This document shows positions 40,890-52,509 of a DNA stretch of 64,000 bases, piece after piece (the stretch's first letter is position 1; each line of letters opens with the position of its first letter). The notes beneath the pieces are model-generated. The model was not told the origin of the DNA and did not search any database. It was given only the letters and a program-made list of their open reading frames with translations. The stretch covers positions 20,088,001 to 20,152,000 of the forward strand of contig NC_042997.1 in the NCBI RefSeq assembly GCF_006345805.1. The letters are read 5' to 3'. This DNA is from Octopus sinensis. Lineage: Eukaryota. The translations under genes were made by a program, and so were the position numbers.

Positions 40890-41890
40890 ACTGTGTGACT
40901 GAATCAGACCATTTCCTAATCTCAGTAACCACTCTAAATATAGGTTAACTGTTTAGATACTGAACTCTGGCTAGAAATGAAGAACAGTAAGGTCCAGATC
41001 CTTCACTCTCGTTATGCCAAACCCATGGCCTCTAACAATGTTGTTGACAAGAATGCAAAGATTGTGGACAATGCCAAGTTCAACATTCTTATAGCTGACT
41101 TGGTGAGAGGATGAGGAATGTGTCTCACATGTGCAACCCTATGGAATTTGCAAGATGCATACAAAACTTCATCCACCAATACAGTTCTCTGGCTACAACC
41201 AAAGGGACAGGATTACAGGATTAGAGTATACAAACGGGCCAGGAATAAGTACAAAGCCATCATAGAGAGTGATCATAAGGGGATCTGGCTGCTGTACTGG
41301 AGTAAATCCTGGAACAGCACGGAAAGGACCAGTAATAAGATAAATAAGGTCAACACTTGATATGACAACAAAAAATACCAGAGCGTCATGTTTGTCAATT
41401 CTACTGAACTAGCATACTTTCTTAGAAAAACATTAAGTATGTCTAATCTGCAAATTACAGTAGTAGAGAAGCCTGGTACCCCATTAAAATCCCTGATCTG
41501 CAATAGCTATCCCTTTGATAAATCTCCCTGTATGAAGTACAATCGTGTTGTATCTAAGATGAACCCACGAGTTAACTGTAATGTTAGGAATGTAGTGCAG
41601 AAACATGACAACTACCTACATTGGAAAGACTGCACACAACATAGGAGAGCGTACAGATGAACATTGGTGGGAGCTCAAAGAAGGGAAAAGCTCGTCAGTG
41701 CTCCACCAACATGCTCAGGTTGAACATGGAGGCTCGGGTTAATAGCATAGAGGTTAAGGAATTATTGACACATAGAACTGACACGACACTTAGACAGATC
41801 ACAGAGGCTACATGCACAGCTGTAGACAGACTGAGCCTCAACAGAATACATGAATGGAACAGTAACACTCACCACCACACCACATGATTA
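40890..41890 (+). mobile_element. PLE remnant: RT thumb, linker and GIY-YIG
   Basis: LDTELWLE..ILHSRYAKPMAS..KFNILIADLVR/RMRN; VVEKPGTPLKSLICNSYPF; YIGKTAHNIGERTDEHWWELKEGKSSSVLHQHAQVEH; IEVK..DTTLRQITEA..LNR. Frameshifted. Confidence 0.85.
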
Positions 41891-41986
41891 AAGACAGAAT
41901 GGATGAGAAGAGAGAGGGGAAAAATCGTAAATGATACACAGAAACATTCAGGGTAATACTCACACAATAGACATATATGCACTTAC

Positions 41987-42004
41987 CTGTGATACTTATG
42001 GGAA
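41987..42004 (-). CDS. Candidate 18-nt microexon
   Basis: Long T-rich acceptor ..ttttatacatctatctctag, exon ttcccataagtatcacag, consensus donor gtaagt; open in phases 1 and 2. Confidence 0.25.
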
Positions 42005-42319
42005 CTAGAGATAGATGTATAAAATAAAAAATAAATAAATAAATAGATAGCTAAATATATAAATATATTTGTCACATTTCTGGGATAAATATAATAAAGA
42101 GATATAGATAAAATAAATAAATATATCTATATAAAGGGCATGGATACATACAACATATGAACCCATACATACACACAAACACACACACAAGAAATTTTAC
42201 GAATGACCACAACAATGGCAGCAACAAGATTAACAATGGAAGCAAGCAGCAACAGCAGTGACAACGGCAGCAATAAGAGCAATGACAACTACCACGATGG
42301 CAACACCATGGGTGAATAC

Positions 42320-42740
42320 ACATGTACAGGAGAATACAGGAACTGTACCATATTTTTCAGGTCTTAGGACAGCAGCTGCACAATGGGATGAGAGGATGGG
42401 GCTGCCGAAGGGAAGGCCACACTGCAGCTAAAAACTATGACACACACACAAGCATACACATACACACACACACACACACACATACACACACACAAACAAA
42501 CAAACAAGGACACAAGCGCATGTGCTTATAAAGACACTCACCTCTGAAGAACGGAATGGAGTAATTGGAGCAAGAGCACACATGAAAATGAATGTGTCGC
42601 TGAAGAGGTCACAGATGTGTGATGAAAGATTTCTGGACAATGGGCATGAATGAAAATAATAAAATAAGAACAGAAAAAAATATATAGTGCATGTGTTTAT
42701 TTGACAAAACAAAAAATGACCATCCCAAAATACAACAATG
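42320..42740 (+). mobile_element. PLE-like 3' end plus pLTR (family J)
   Basis: RRIQELYHIFQVLG..LHNGM resembles the PLE terminus E..I....P.G(L/M)N; homologous to 33640-33737 and 34138-34220. Confidence 0.55.
42594..42639 (+). ncRNA. Minimal type I hammerhead (family J)
   Basis: gtgtcg CTGAAGA g gtcaca-gatg-tgtgat GAAA gatttc tggaca. Confidence 0.55.
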
Positions 42741-42774
<34 letters not shown>

Positions 42775-42779
<5 letters not shown>

Positions 42780-43002
42780 CCCACCATCTGAATGTGGCCA
42801 ATGCCAGTGCTGCCTGACTGGCTTCCATGCTGGTGACACATAAAAAGCACCCACTATACTCTTGGAGTGGTTGGCATTAGGAAAGGCATCCAGCTGTAGA
42901 AATAGTGCCAGATCAGATTGGAGCCTAGTGCAGCCTCCTGGCTTGCCAGTCCCCAGTCAAACCATCAAACCTGATCCAGCATGGAAAACAGACGTTAAAT
43001 GA

Positions 43003-43008
<6 letters not shown>
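42775..43008 (+). mobile_element. Family C copy
   Basis: Family C body and tail. Confidence 0.8.
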
Positions 43009-43042
<34 letters not shown>

Positions 43043-43323
43043 TCTACAATTATGAGTATAATTATAATTAGGGTTCAGCAAAATTTACTTCACCACATAC
43101 CAAAATTTAGAAATAGCATTTAAAAACTACTATTCTACTACTATAAGATATCTCCCAGACAGCAATTAATTAATTTTATTATTATTATTGATGTTATATA
43201 TATATATATATATACATATTTATGTATGCATGTATGTATGTATGTATGTATGTATGTATGTATGTATGTATGTATGTATGTATGTATGTGTGTGTGTGTG
43301 TGTGTGTATGTATATATATATAT

Positions 43324-43373
<50 letters not shown>

Positions 43374-44370
43374 GTGAATGTGTATTCAATGCCACAATTA
43401 AATTATACATAGCTTGAAATTTTTCTTTGTTAAGGATTATAGCAGAATTAATGAAGATGAGACTGATTATACAAACTTTATTCATATCAAATTCTTAGTT
43501 CAATTTTCCATCGTTAGAAATATAGCTTTCTATCTTTTATTTTATTTTGTGAAATAATATTTTAAACAATAATTCACTAACTACAATTGTCAATAATAAA
43601 CAATACAATAAGCTGATTTTAGCCATGTCAAATGAGAATGTTCAGAAATAATTTTGAAGTGTAAGTCGCAAACAATGCAGCAGAAAATTTGGCCATGTAA
43701 AATCAATGCAAAAATTTTTATTTCCACCTGATTTAATTCAATAAAATTTATTGGGAAGAAAATTTAGCTTACTGATTGATTTTATGACAACCTTTTTCTT
43801 TTCCTTTCTGTGTGTAAAACTTTTAGTAATTCATTAGATTTAATTTATTTCGATCTCTACTTTTGCTATGTTTTATATCCAACTTGGAAGATTGATATTA
43901 CAAATAGAGCAAAATATAATTATTTTTTTTTTTTAATTTAATTTAGTCTCATGGTAACTATTGTTGGATATTATTTCAATTATAGTTGAATACGGAGAAG
44001 AGTTATTCATTTTGAAAGGAAGAATAAAATTTACGTATTATATAACTTTCAGATACAGCATCTATTATTATTAATTGGAAGCAGTAAATTGTTTCCAAGT
44101 AATTTTTTTTATCTTTATGAGAAATGAATGCTTATCTAATAAGGTTTATTGTAACTGAAAAAAAAATGCATGAATTTTGATTTATTTTTATGAAAATTTA
44201 TTCCAAATGAGAGAAATGAATCAGTCCAGAAATTATACATCACTTCCTTTTATTATTTCTAATGAGAAATTAAAATTCATCAGAAATCTCATTTATGTCA
44301 TAACAGATATTTAATAGGTTATACACAGAAATTAAATGCCAAACCATTTCTCCAGAGGACTGCAACTCAC

Positions 44371-44414
44371 TGGAATTATTTCTCCATCTACATCTTTTCC
44401 AGCAGACCCCAAAT
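44371..44414 (-). CDS. Candidate 44-nt exon (D)LGSAGKDVDGEIIP
   Basis: Acceptor ttttaagtatttatag, consensus donor gtgagt, purine-rich, open phase 1 to 0. Confidence 0.3.
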
Positions 44415-45174
44415 CTATAAATACTTAAAATGAACATTAATTGCGTCATTCTTATAAGTGCAGGTGAGCTTGAATTTACTGAACTTATATATTTAAAACT
44501 TTCTTCTGAAGATCATAAAATCATCGTCACTACCATTACTATTACTACTACCACTGCCACCACCATGACCACTGCAGCCATCACCACCACCATTGCTGCT
44601 GTCGCTGCTACTGCTGCCATCATCATCATGATTGTCACCATCATCATCTTCATCATCACCAGTCTGCCGTCCATACTGAAGACAGGAACTTTAAATAAGA
44701 TCTGACTCAGTTTATGATGATGGTGGTGTTGGTGATGATAATTATGATGAGAATACAGTGTGTGAGAAATCAAAAACTAACATTGAAACATATTTTCCTA
44801 AATAGTAAGAGAAATGTACCAAATGTCTTATCTAAAATTTAAAATACTTTTGACTCACAACACTTAATCATAACAAAGTCTCTTTCAACAGCTTAAAGAC
44901 ACACTAACAATACTTATCAGGAAAATGGTGGTGTATAGTGAGTCATCTCGAGTATTTACATGAGTTTGTTTGGTTTGCAAGAAATGCCAGTCAAATCTCA
45001 CTCTGTAATTGTATTATAAGCTAATGCTGGATGATAATATAGCCTAAGATCCTGAAGAGAAAATGGACAAGTCAGTACTTAAAAAACCTTTGATAAATAG
45101 TTTTCTTAGAGAAAGTTGTGTGTCAGCTGACTTGGGGTAATCACCAATTGATCATCACTGTATTTTCTGAAACT

Positions 45175-45500
45175 GGTAACGATCACACTTGAATGGCACA
45201 TAAAAAGGCACCATTTGAGTGTGATCGTTACCAGCATCACCTTACTGGAACCTGTGCCGGTGGAATATGAAAAAAGATTCGAGTGAGGTCATTGCCAGTG
45301 CCGCCTGACTGGCCCCTGTGCCAGTGGCACCTAAAAAGCACCCACTACACTCTCGGAGTGGTTGGTGTTAAGAAGGGCATCCAGCTGTAGAAACTCTGCC
45401 AGATCAGATTGGAGCCTGGTGCAGCCATCTGGTTCGCCAGCCCTCAGTCAAAATCGTCCAACACATGCTAGCATGGAAAGCAGACGTTAAACGATGATGA
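45175..45500 (+). mobile_element. Family C copy
   Basis: Body and tail. Confidence 0.85.
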
Positions 45501-45615
45501 AGAAGGAACCACATCACTGTATTGTGATATTTAGCATTTATAGTCACCTTAGATGTCTTTAAAAATGACAGGAGCTAGTGAAGTACAACATTAAAGCCTG
45601 TTATCAGTCAGAACT

Positions 45616-45931
45616 GATCATCGCCATTTAATGTCCACTTCCCATGCTGGCATGGGTTGGACAATTTGACTGAGAACTGGCGAACCAGTTGGCTGCACCA
45701 GGCTCCAATCTGATCTGGCAGAGTTTCTACAGCTGGATGCCCTTCCTAACGCCAACCACTCCGAGAGCATAGTGGGTATTTTTATGTGCCACCAGCATGA
45801 GGGCCAGTCAGGCGGTACTGGCAATGGCCATGCATAAATGGTGTTTTTAACATGCCACCTGCACAGGAACCAGTCCAGCAGCACTGGCAATGACCTCACT
45901 CAAATATTTTTTCAGTGCCACCAGCACAAGT
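45616..45931 (-). mobile_element. Family C copy abutting the truncated mariner
   Basis: Reverse complement of family C, joined at the mariner FHLLRSLSNA codons. Confidence 0.85.
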
Positions 45932-46972
45932 GCATTTGAAAGAGATCGCAAGAGGTGGAAATCTGTTGGTGCCAAATCAGGAGAGTATGGCAAGTGTGTT
46001 AGCACTTCCCAACCATGCATTTGAATGGCTTCCTTGGTCATATTGGTGATATGAGGGCGAGCATTGACGTGCAGCAGAAGAACTCTATGCTGCCGATTAA
46101 ATCTTTTCTCTTGAATAGCTGTGTTTAGTCGTTCCATCTGTTGAACATAGAGTTCCGCATTGACAGTTTGGTTCCATTCAAGCAATTCATAATGGATAAT
46201 CCCTATCCAGTCCCACCATATGCACAACATCGTTTTACACGGATGAAGATCTTGTTTCACGCGTGGTGCCACTTGTTTACCAGGGCTAAGCCATTCCTTA
46301 AGCTGCTTCATATTGATGAACAAGCACCAGATTTCATCGCCAGTAATGATTTGGTAAAGAAATCATTGCTTGTTGAGTGATGATGAGCAAGCAAACCAAC
46401 AGAGATTGTGACTCATTGATTTTTGTTGTTGTCACTTAAATCGTGTGAAACCCATGCTCCATACTTCTGAACCTTTCCCATCGAGTGAAGATGCTTCTCT
46501 ATAGCAGTGTGGGAGCATTCCATTTTCTCTGCTAGTTCCCTTGTTGTTTGACGAGAATTTTCATGCAAAAGTTGGTTTAATCTCTTTTCATCAAACTCAA
46601 CTGGACAGCCAGAATGAGGTGTGTTTTGTGGTCAAAATTTTCCTTTTTAAACTTGGCATACCAATCACCGGCAGTTCTATCAGCTATGGTACACAGCACA
46701 AATATCACAAGCAGCTTTTGCGGCCTTAGAACCTTGATTAAAAGCAAAATGAAGAAGGTGTCGAAAATGCTCGTTTTCTTAACTTGACATTCCATTTTAA
46801 TGATGTGAAAATAAACAAAAATTAACTAAAATTAACTAGAAAAAAAACACAAAATAGATTCCAAAATGATTCAAAAATAGAATTCTCAAAAAAAAAAAAA
46901 AAATTCTAAAATTTAAAACTGCAATAAATTCCAAAATTTATAAAAATGATGGAAACTTAGTTGCCAAACCAA
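45932..46972 (-). mobile_element. Mariner transposon (D,D34D), 3'-truncated pseudogene
   Basis: ATG at 46795, WVSHDL, ITGDEIW, WWDWIGIIHYELL, HVNARPH (D to V), PYSPDLAPTDFHLL. 5' TIR TA-ttggtttggcaactaagt ends near 46972. Confidence 0.92.
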
Positions 46973-47086
46973 TAGATAGATATAGTTATGTTATATTCCA
47001 TTAGGAACATAATAAAGTACAGTTTAAAGCTCATCAACTTTCAGAATATCCCCAGTACTATTGGTAGTGTTATTGAAGCAAATAAT

Positions 47087-47497
47087 AGGCACAGGAGTGG
47101 CTGTGTGGTAAGTAGCTTGCTAACCAACCACATGGTTCCGGGTTCAGTCCCACTGCGTGGCATCTTGGGCAAGTGTCTTCTACTATAGCCTCGGACCGAC
47201 CAATGCCTTGTGAGTGGATTTGGTAGACGGAAACTGAAAGAAGCCTGTCGTATATATGTATATATATATATATATGGGTATGTGTGTGTGTTTGTGTATC
47301 TGTGTTTGTCCCCCTAGCATTGCTTGACAACCGATGCTGGTGTGTTTACGTCCCCGTCACTTAGCGGTTCGGCAAAAGAGACCGATGGAATAAGTACTGG
47401 GCTTACAAAGAATAAGTCCCGGGGTCGATTTGCTCGACTAAAGGCAGTGCTCCAGCATGGCCGCAGTCAAATGACTGAAACAAGTAAAAGAGTAAAT
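47087..47497 (+). mobile_element. SINE family A, full length, young
   Basis: Head to tail intact, CpGs retained. Confidence 0.9.
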
Positions 47498-47799
47498 GGA
47501 ATAAATGTCCAACCTTACTCCTTTTTCATGAATCCAATATCTTCAATTTTATATATATATATATCAAAATAAGCAACACTATATCAAGTAATAATGTAGT
47601 ACAACTTTTTCAAGCGGTTCCAATTTAATTGTTCAATTAAATGGAGCTTGAAGCAGTTGTACTGTATTACTACTTGATGTCCTGTTGCTTATTTTAATTT
47701 TATTCACCTTATTTGGAACTGTGCAGATAATACTGGACTGACTTGGTGCTTCAACTTAAGTATCTAATTCAATTGAATCTCAATTATATATATAAATCG

Positions 47800-48557
47800 A
47801 AATCAAATTCGATGACTGGCATCCGTGCAAGTGGAGCGCTAAGAGCACCATCCAAGCATGATCGTTGCCAGAGCAACAAACTGGCATCCATGCTGATGGC
47901 ATGTAAAAAGCATCATTCAAGTGTGATCTTCACCTGCGTCTCCTTACTGACACTTGTGCTGATGGTATGCGAAAAAACATTCAAGCAACGTCGTTGCCAG
48001 TGCCGCTGGACTGGCTACTGTGCAGGTGGCACATAAAAAGCACCATTTGAGCGTGGCCGTTGCCAGTGCCGCCTGAGTGGCACTCGTGCTGGTGGCGCAT
48101 AAAAGCACCCACTACACTCTCAGAGTGGTTGGAATTAGGAAGGGCATCCAGCTGTAGAAACTGTGCCAGATCAGATTGAAGCCTGGTGCAGCCATCTGGT
48201 TCGCCAGACCTCAGTCAAATCGTCCAACCCATGCTAGCATGGAAAGCGGACGTTATCCAAATTGTGGCCGATGTCAGTGCCGCCTTGACTGGCTTCTGTG
48301 CCGGTGGCACGTAAAATGCACCAATCTGATTGTGGCCGTTGCCAGCCTCGCCTGGCACCTGTGGAGGTGGCACGTAAAAAGCACCCACTACACTCACGGA
48401 GTGGTTGGCGTTAGGAAGGGCATCCAGCTATAGAAACACTGCTAGATCAGACTGGAGCCTGGTGCAGCCTTCTGGCTTCCCAGATTCCCGGTCAAACCGT
48501 CCAACCCATGCTAGCATGGAGAACAGACGTTAAACGATGATGATGATGATGATGATG
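47800..48557 (+). mobile_element. Two tandem family C copies
   Basis: Tails end at about 48255 and 48557; the first has the longest array of internal units. Confidence 0.85.
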
Positions 48558-49474
48558 ATATATATATGCATGTATGTATGTATGTATGTATGTATGTATA
48601 TATATATATATATATGTACGTATGTATGTATATATCTGTATGTATGTATATATGTCATTATGTTTCCTTACATTTATAAACATTTTTTTTTTCACATATG
48701 CATATCATCATTTCGCAGGAATGTATCAGAATTAGCAGCAGCCAAGAATTCTAGATGTTTCTGTGTTTCTGTCTCCTTTCTTTTATTATCGCTTATTTAT
48801 TTTGTCTTAATGTTGTTACTGAAAACATACATTATCGAGCATATTTACCAAATTATGTTAACCTCATCTTAAATACCATTCCATTTTAGATTATGGTCAT
48901 TCTGGAGTTAATATAGTGCAAAATATATTGTTGTTGGCTGTATTAGTTGAACTTCATTTATGGAACTTGTCCAAGTACCATTATTTTTGCCAGAAATATT
49001 TCAGAGTCACTTGGCTAGTTCAATTGTCTGATAACTTTTGATTTGTAGTGACTCCAAAATATCCCAAACAACAATAGTAGTGCTTGGATATTCCCCAAAA
49101 CCGAAGTTTCTTAACTATTACATTTAAACTCATCCATAATGTTGCCATTTTTGTAATTATTAAACGTTCTTTTTATAAGTATGAATAGCAAATATGATCC
49201 TATTTGTAAACTAACTCAAAGCTTATGTAAGATGATTAAACTGTGAAAAATGATTACATACATCATCATCACCATCACCACCATCATCATCATCACCATC
49301 ATCATCATTATCATCATCATCATCATGGGTTTAATGTCCAATTCAAAAGATTACAAATGGAACAATACTTGTATGATGGTAACACTTGTTTACAATCATC
49401 ACCTGATGTCAATGTAAGGAGTCATTAACACACAAACATACATATATATGTGCATGTGTACATATATATATACA

Positions 49475-49790
49475 TGTGGAGGCGCAATGACCCAGTGGTT
49501 AGGGTAGCGGACTCGCAGTTGGAGGATCGCGGCTTCGATTCCCAGACTGGGCGTTGTGTGTGTTTATTGAGCGAAAACACCTAAAAAACAAAAGCTCCAC
49601 AAGGCTTCGGCAGAGAGTGGTGACGACCCCTGTTGTACTCTTTCACCACAACTTTCTCTCACTTTCTCTTCCTGTTTCTTGAGTAATGCTGCGATGGACT
49701 GGCATCCCATCCAGCTGGGGGGAACACATAATTTGCAGACCGGGAAACCAGGCCCATCAGCCTGGCTAGGCTTGAAAAGGGTGACGTTTT
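49475..49790 (+). mobile_element. SINE family D
   Basis: Reverse complement of 30953-31279. Confidence 0.85.
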
Positions 49791-50086
49791 TATATATATA
49801 TATATATACATACATACACACACACACACAGTGGGCTTCATTCAGTTTCCATATACCATATTCATTCATAAGGCTTTAAGGTGGTCTTATGCTATATTAG
49901 AATACATTTACTCAACCTTCCATTTAGTAGGATTGAACCCAAACCATGCACTTCTCACTACACATTCATACACATTCATATCTGTGCCTATAATGTACAT
50001 ATTTCAGAACCTGATTTTTTTTGTTGGATTTTGATACTATATTTGATATTGTAAGGAATATATTTAAAGTAAAAAGTTTTTATGTA

Positions 50087-50232
50087 TTCTGTTGTGTCTG
50101 GGGAGAGTCATTTTCTTTTTGTGCCTTATAATTCAACACACTCACCAGTAAAATTTCCACTTATTTCTTATTTTTTAATTTCCGAAAATTTTCGTTGCGT
50201 CTTGCAACCTTTTCAATAGTCTTGACTATTAT
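50087..50232. mobile_element. Solo arm of the 12734-13011 palindromic element
   Basis: Ends in aatagtc-tt-gactatt, the palindrome centre. Confidence 0.8.
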
Positions 50233-50623
50233 GTATATTTTCACTTAAGACACTTGCAAACGAATTTCAGCTTTTGTTTCTCAAACTGCTTTGCTTAGCA
50301 ATGAATGAGACAGACATGTGAAAGAATCTCTGTGTCAATGACCCCCACCTTAGTATCTGTGGACCCTTGAGAGCATTCAATAATTTAAAAGGCTGCAGTG
50401 TTAAATGTATCATTACTTAGGTGAATGTAATTACCCAGTTAGATGTAATTTTTCAATTGAGAAATGAAATGTGTACACAGGTTAATTATAGTGGTATATT
50501 CAGTATACACACCTTTACTTGGGACCACTGTTCTATGTGATAGCTGAACCTGCAAAGAAAAGCTGTTAAATATTCCTCAGATTACATTCTTCCTTAAAAA
50601 AAGGTAAAGAAATATTAGTTACA

Positions 50624-50815
50624 ATAGTTCTATATTTAAGAGATGAGAAATTATGTACATTATTTACATTATTTACATTTGGCAGATATTTGTCCTTATC
50701 TTGTTTGTTGTTAACACAACGTTTTGGCTGATATACCCTCCAGCCTTCTCCAGGTGCCTTGAGGAAATTTCGAACCTGGGTTCTCATTCCTAAGGTATTT
50801 TTCGATGTTATTATT

Positions 50816-50866
<51 letters not shown>

Positions 50867-50948
50867 GTTTAGGTCACTGCTTGGAATCGAACTCGGAATC
50901 TTGGGGTTAGTAGCCCACGCTCTTAACCACTACGCCATATGCCTGCAT
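50624..50948 (-). mobile_element. tRNA-headed SINE carrying a hammerhead motif, 11-bp TSD
   Basis: A box tggcgtagtgg, B box gagttcgattcc, (AAT)n spacer, HHR, AT-rich tail. TSD tattagttaca at 50613 and 50949. Confidence 0.75.
50714..50757 (-). ncRNA. Degenerate minimal type I hammerhead
   Basis: gcac CTGGAGA a ggctg-gagggtatat-cagcc AAAA CG TT gtgt. Helices I and II and palindromic aacgtt are present; both core boxes are mutated. Confidence 0.55.
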
Positions 50949-51952
50949 TATTAGTTACACTACATTTGAAAGAAAATGGGATGGTCACAGATAAAATTCC
51001 TCTGAGCATAACTCAGTTTGATCAGGGATGATCTGGAGCTAAACAAGAATTTAGCAGGGATTAAAATCCTTTTCATTTCACCACTTTATAATTGAAAGCA
51101 ATTTACTTTTATTGTTTTAATCAATTTTGTAAGGAGGTGGCGTAGTGCTCATGGTACTTTACTGGGGCCTCTATATGTTGAATGAGATACCATTTCCATT
51201 ACTAACCCTCAGTTGTTTCCAAATAAGGTAAGAAAACCTCTTGCATGTCAATGACATTTATTTACAACTATCATAAATATCAAGGCAAAGAGGTAGCAAA
51301 ACACACAGGTATATATGTATGTAAACATGCACAACAGGCTTCTTTCAGTTTCCACTTTCGTTCAGTTTCCAAATTCATTCACAAGGATTTGGTTAGCCCA
51401 GGACTATATTAAAAGATACTTACCCACAGTGGCACACAGTGGGATTGAACCTGCAAGCAATCTTCTTACCACATAACCATGCCTCAATCCCTTCCATTAC
51501 ATTCCTGATATCCTTTCCTCTTCTTAATATCACTTACAACAGTTTAACTGTCTTTATAATTTATTATATAATTACTATGATAATTATTATTAGTATAATA
51601 TTACCTAATATTCTTTTATTCTGTTTTCCTATAACCATATATGACCTTAGCACTATAATTACAATCCAAGATAGTTTACTTCAACCTACAATTTTTACAG
51701 CTAATTCATGCAGAAAACATCCAATCCTACATTTAGGTAGCCATCATGTCAGCTTCTAATAATGGTTTTTCCCCCAACAAATTATTGGCTATATTATTCA
51801 TATTCAGCCACCATTACAGAACCTTTGAGCTTTCGCTACAGTCATTGCTTTCCCCACATCCCTTTCTCTTTTCCCTTTAAATTATGTTTCTTTCCTTTCT
51901 TCTATTCATTCAATCGTTTTCTTTTTTTCTTTCTTTCTAAAATTTTTCTTCG

Positions 51953-52345
51953 GGCACAGACATGGCTGTGTGGTTAAGAAGCCCACTTTGCAACCATACA
52001 GCTTTACATTGAGTCCCACTACATAGCAACTTAGGTAAGTGTTTTCCACTGTAGCCTCAGGCTGACTAAGTCCTTGTTAGTAAATTTGGTAGATGGAAGG
52101 TGTGTTGAAGTGTGTCGTGTGTGTGTGTGTGTGTGTGTGGTGGGGCTATGTCTGTATTTGTGGTTGCCCTTCCCACTAATTGACAACTGGTGCTGGTTTA
52201 TTTACATCCATGTAACTTAGAAGTTCAGCAAAAGGGATTGATAGAATAAGTAGCAGACTTAAAAAATAATAAGTACTGGAATCAATTTCTTCGATTAAAC
52301 TCATCAAGGTGGTGCTCCAGCATGGCCACAGTTCAATGACAGAAA
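51953..52345 (+). mobile_element. Older SINE family A copy
   Basis: Diverged head, (GT)n, tail. Confidence 0.75.
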
Positions 52346-52509
52346 CAAATATATGAAAATAATTTTTACCATGCTTCCATCACTATCTTAAAAAAACTCA
52401 CAAGGACTGAAACGTTCATAAACATGTAAGGAAGCCGATAATAAATACATTTAGCTTCTCTTCCTGAAACAACTAACTTAACTGATCTTAACTTGCTTAA
52501 CTTGCTTAT

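Noticed and set aside
36204-40891. Long ORFs of 100-240 aa rich in YI, CV and HT
   Set aside because: Translations of (TA)n, (TG)n and (CA)n tracts, which lack stop codons.
44430-44705. ORF with poly-Thr/Ala/Ile and a plus-strand ATG exon-like start
   Set aside because: Mostly a cryptic trinucleotide repeat; the short ATG segment lies next to a better minus-strand candidate and has no further support.
47800-48400. Repeat-spacer-like pattern suggestive of CRISPR
   Set aside because: Degenerate units inside a eukaryotic retroposon; no unique spacers and no cas genes.
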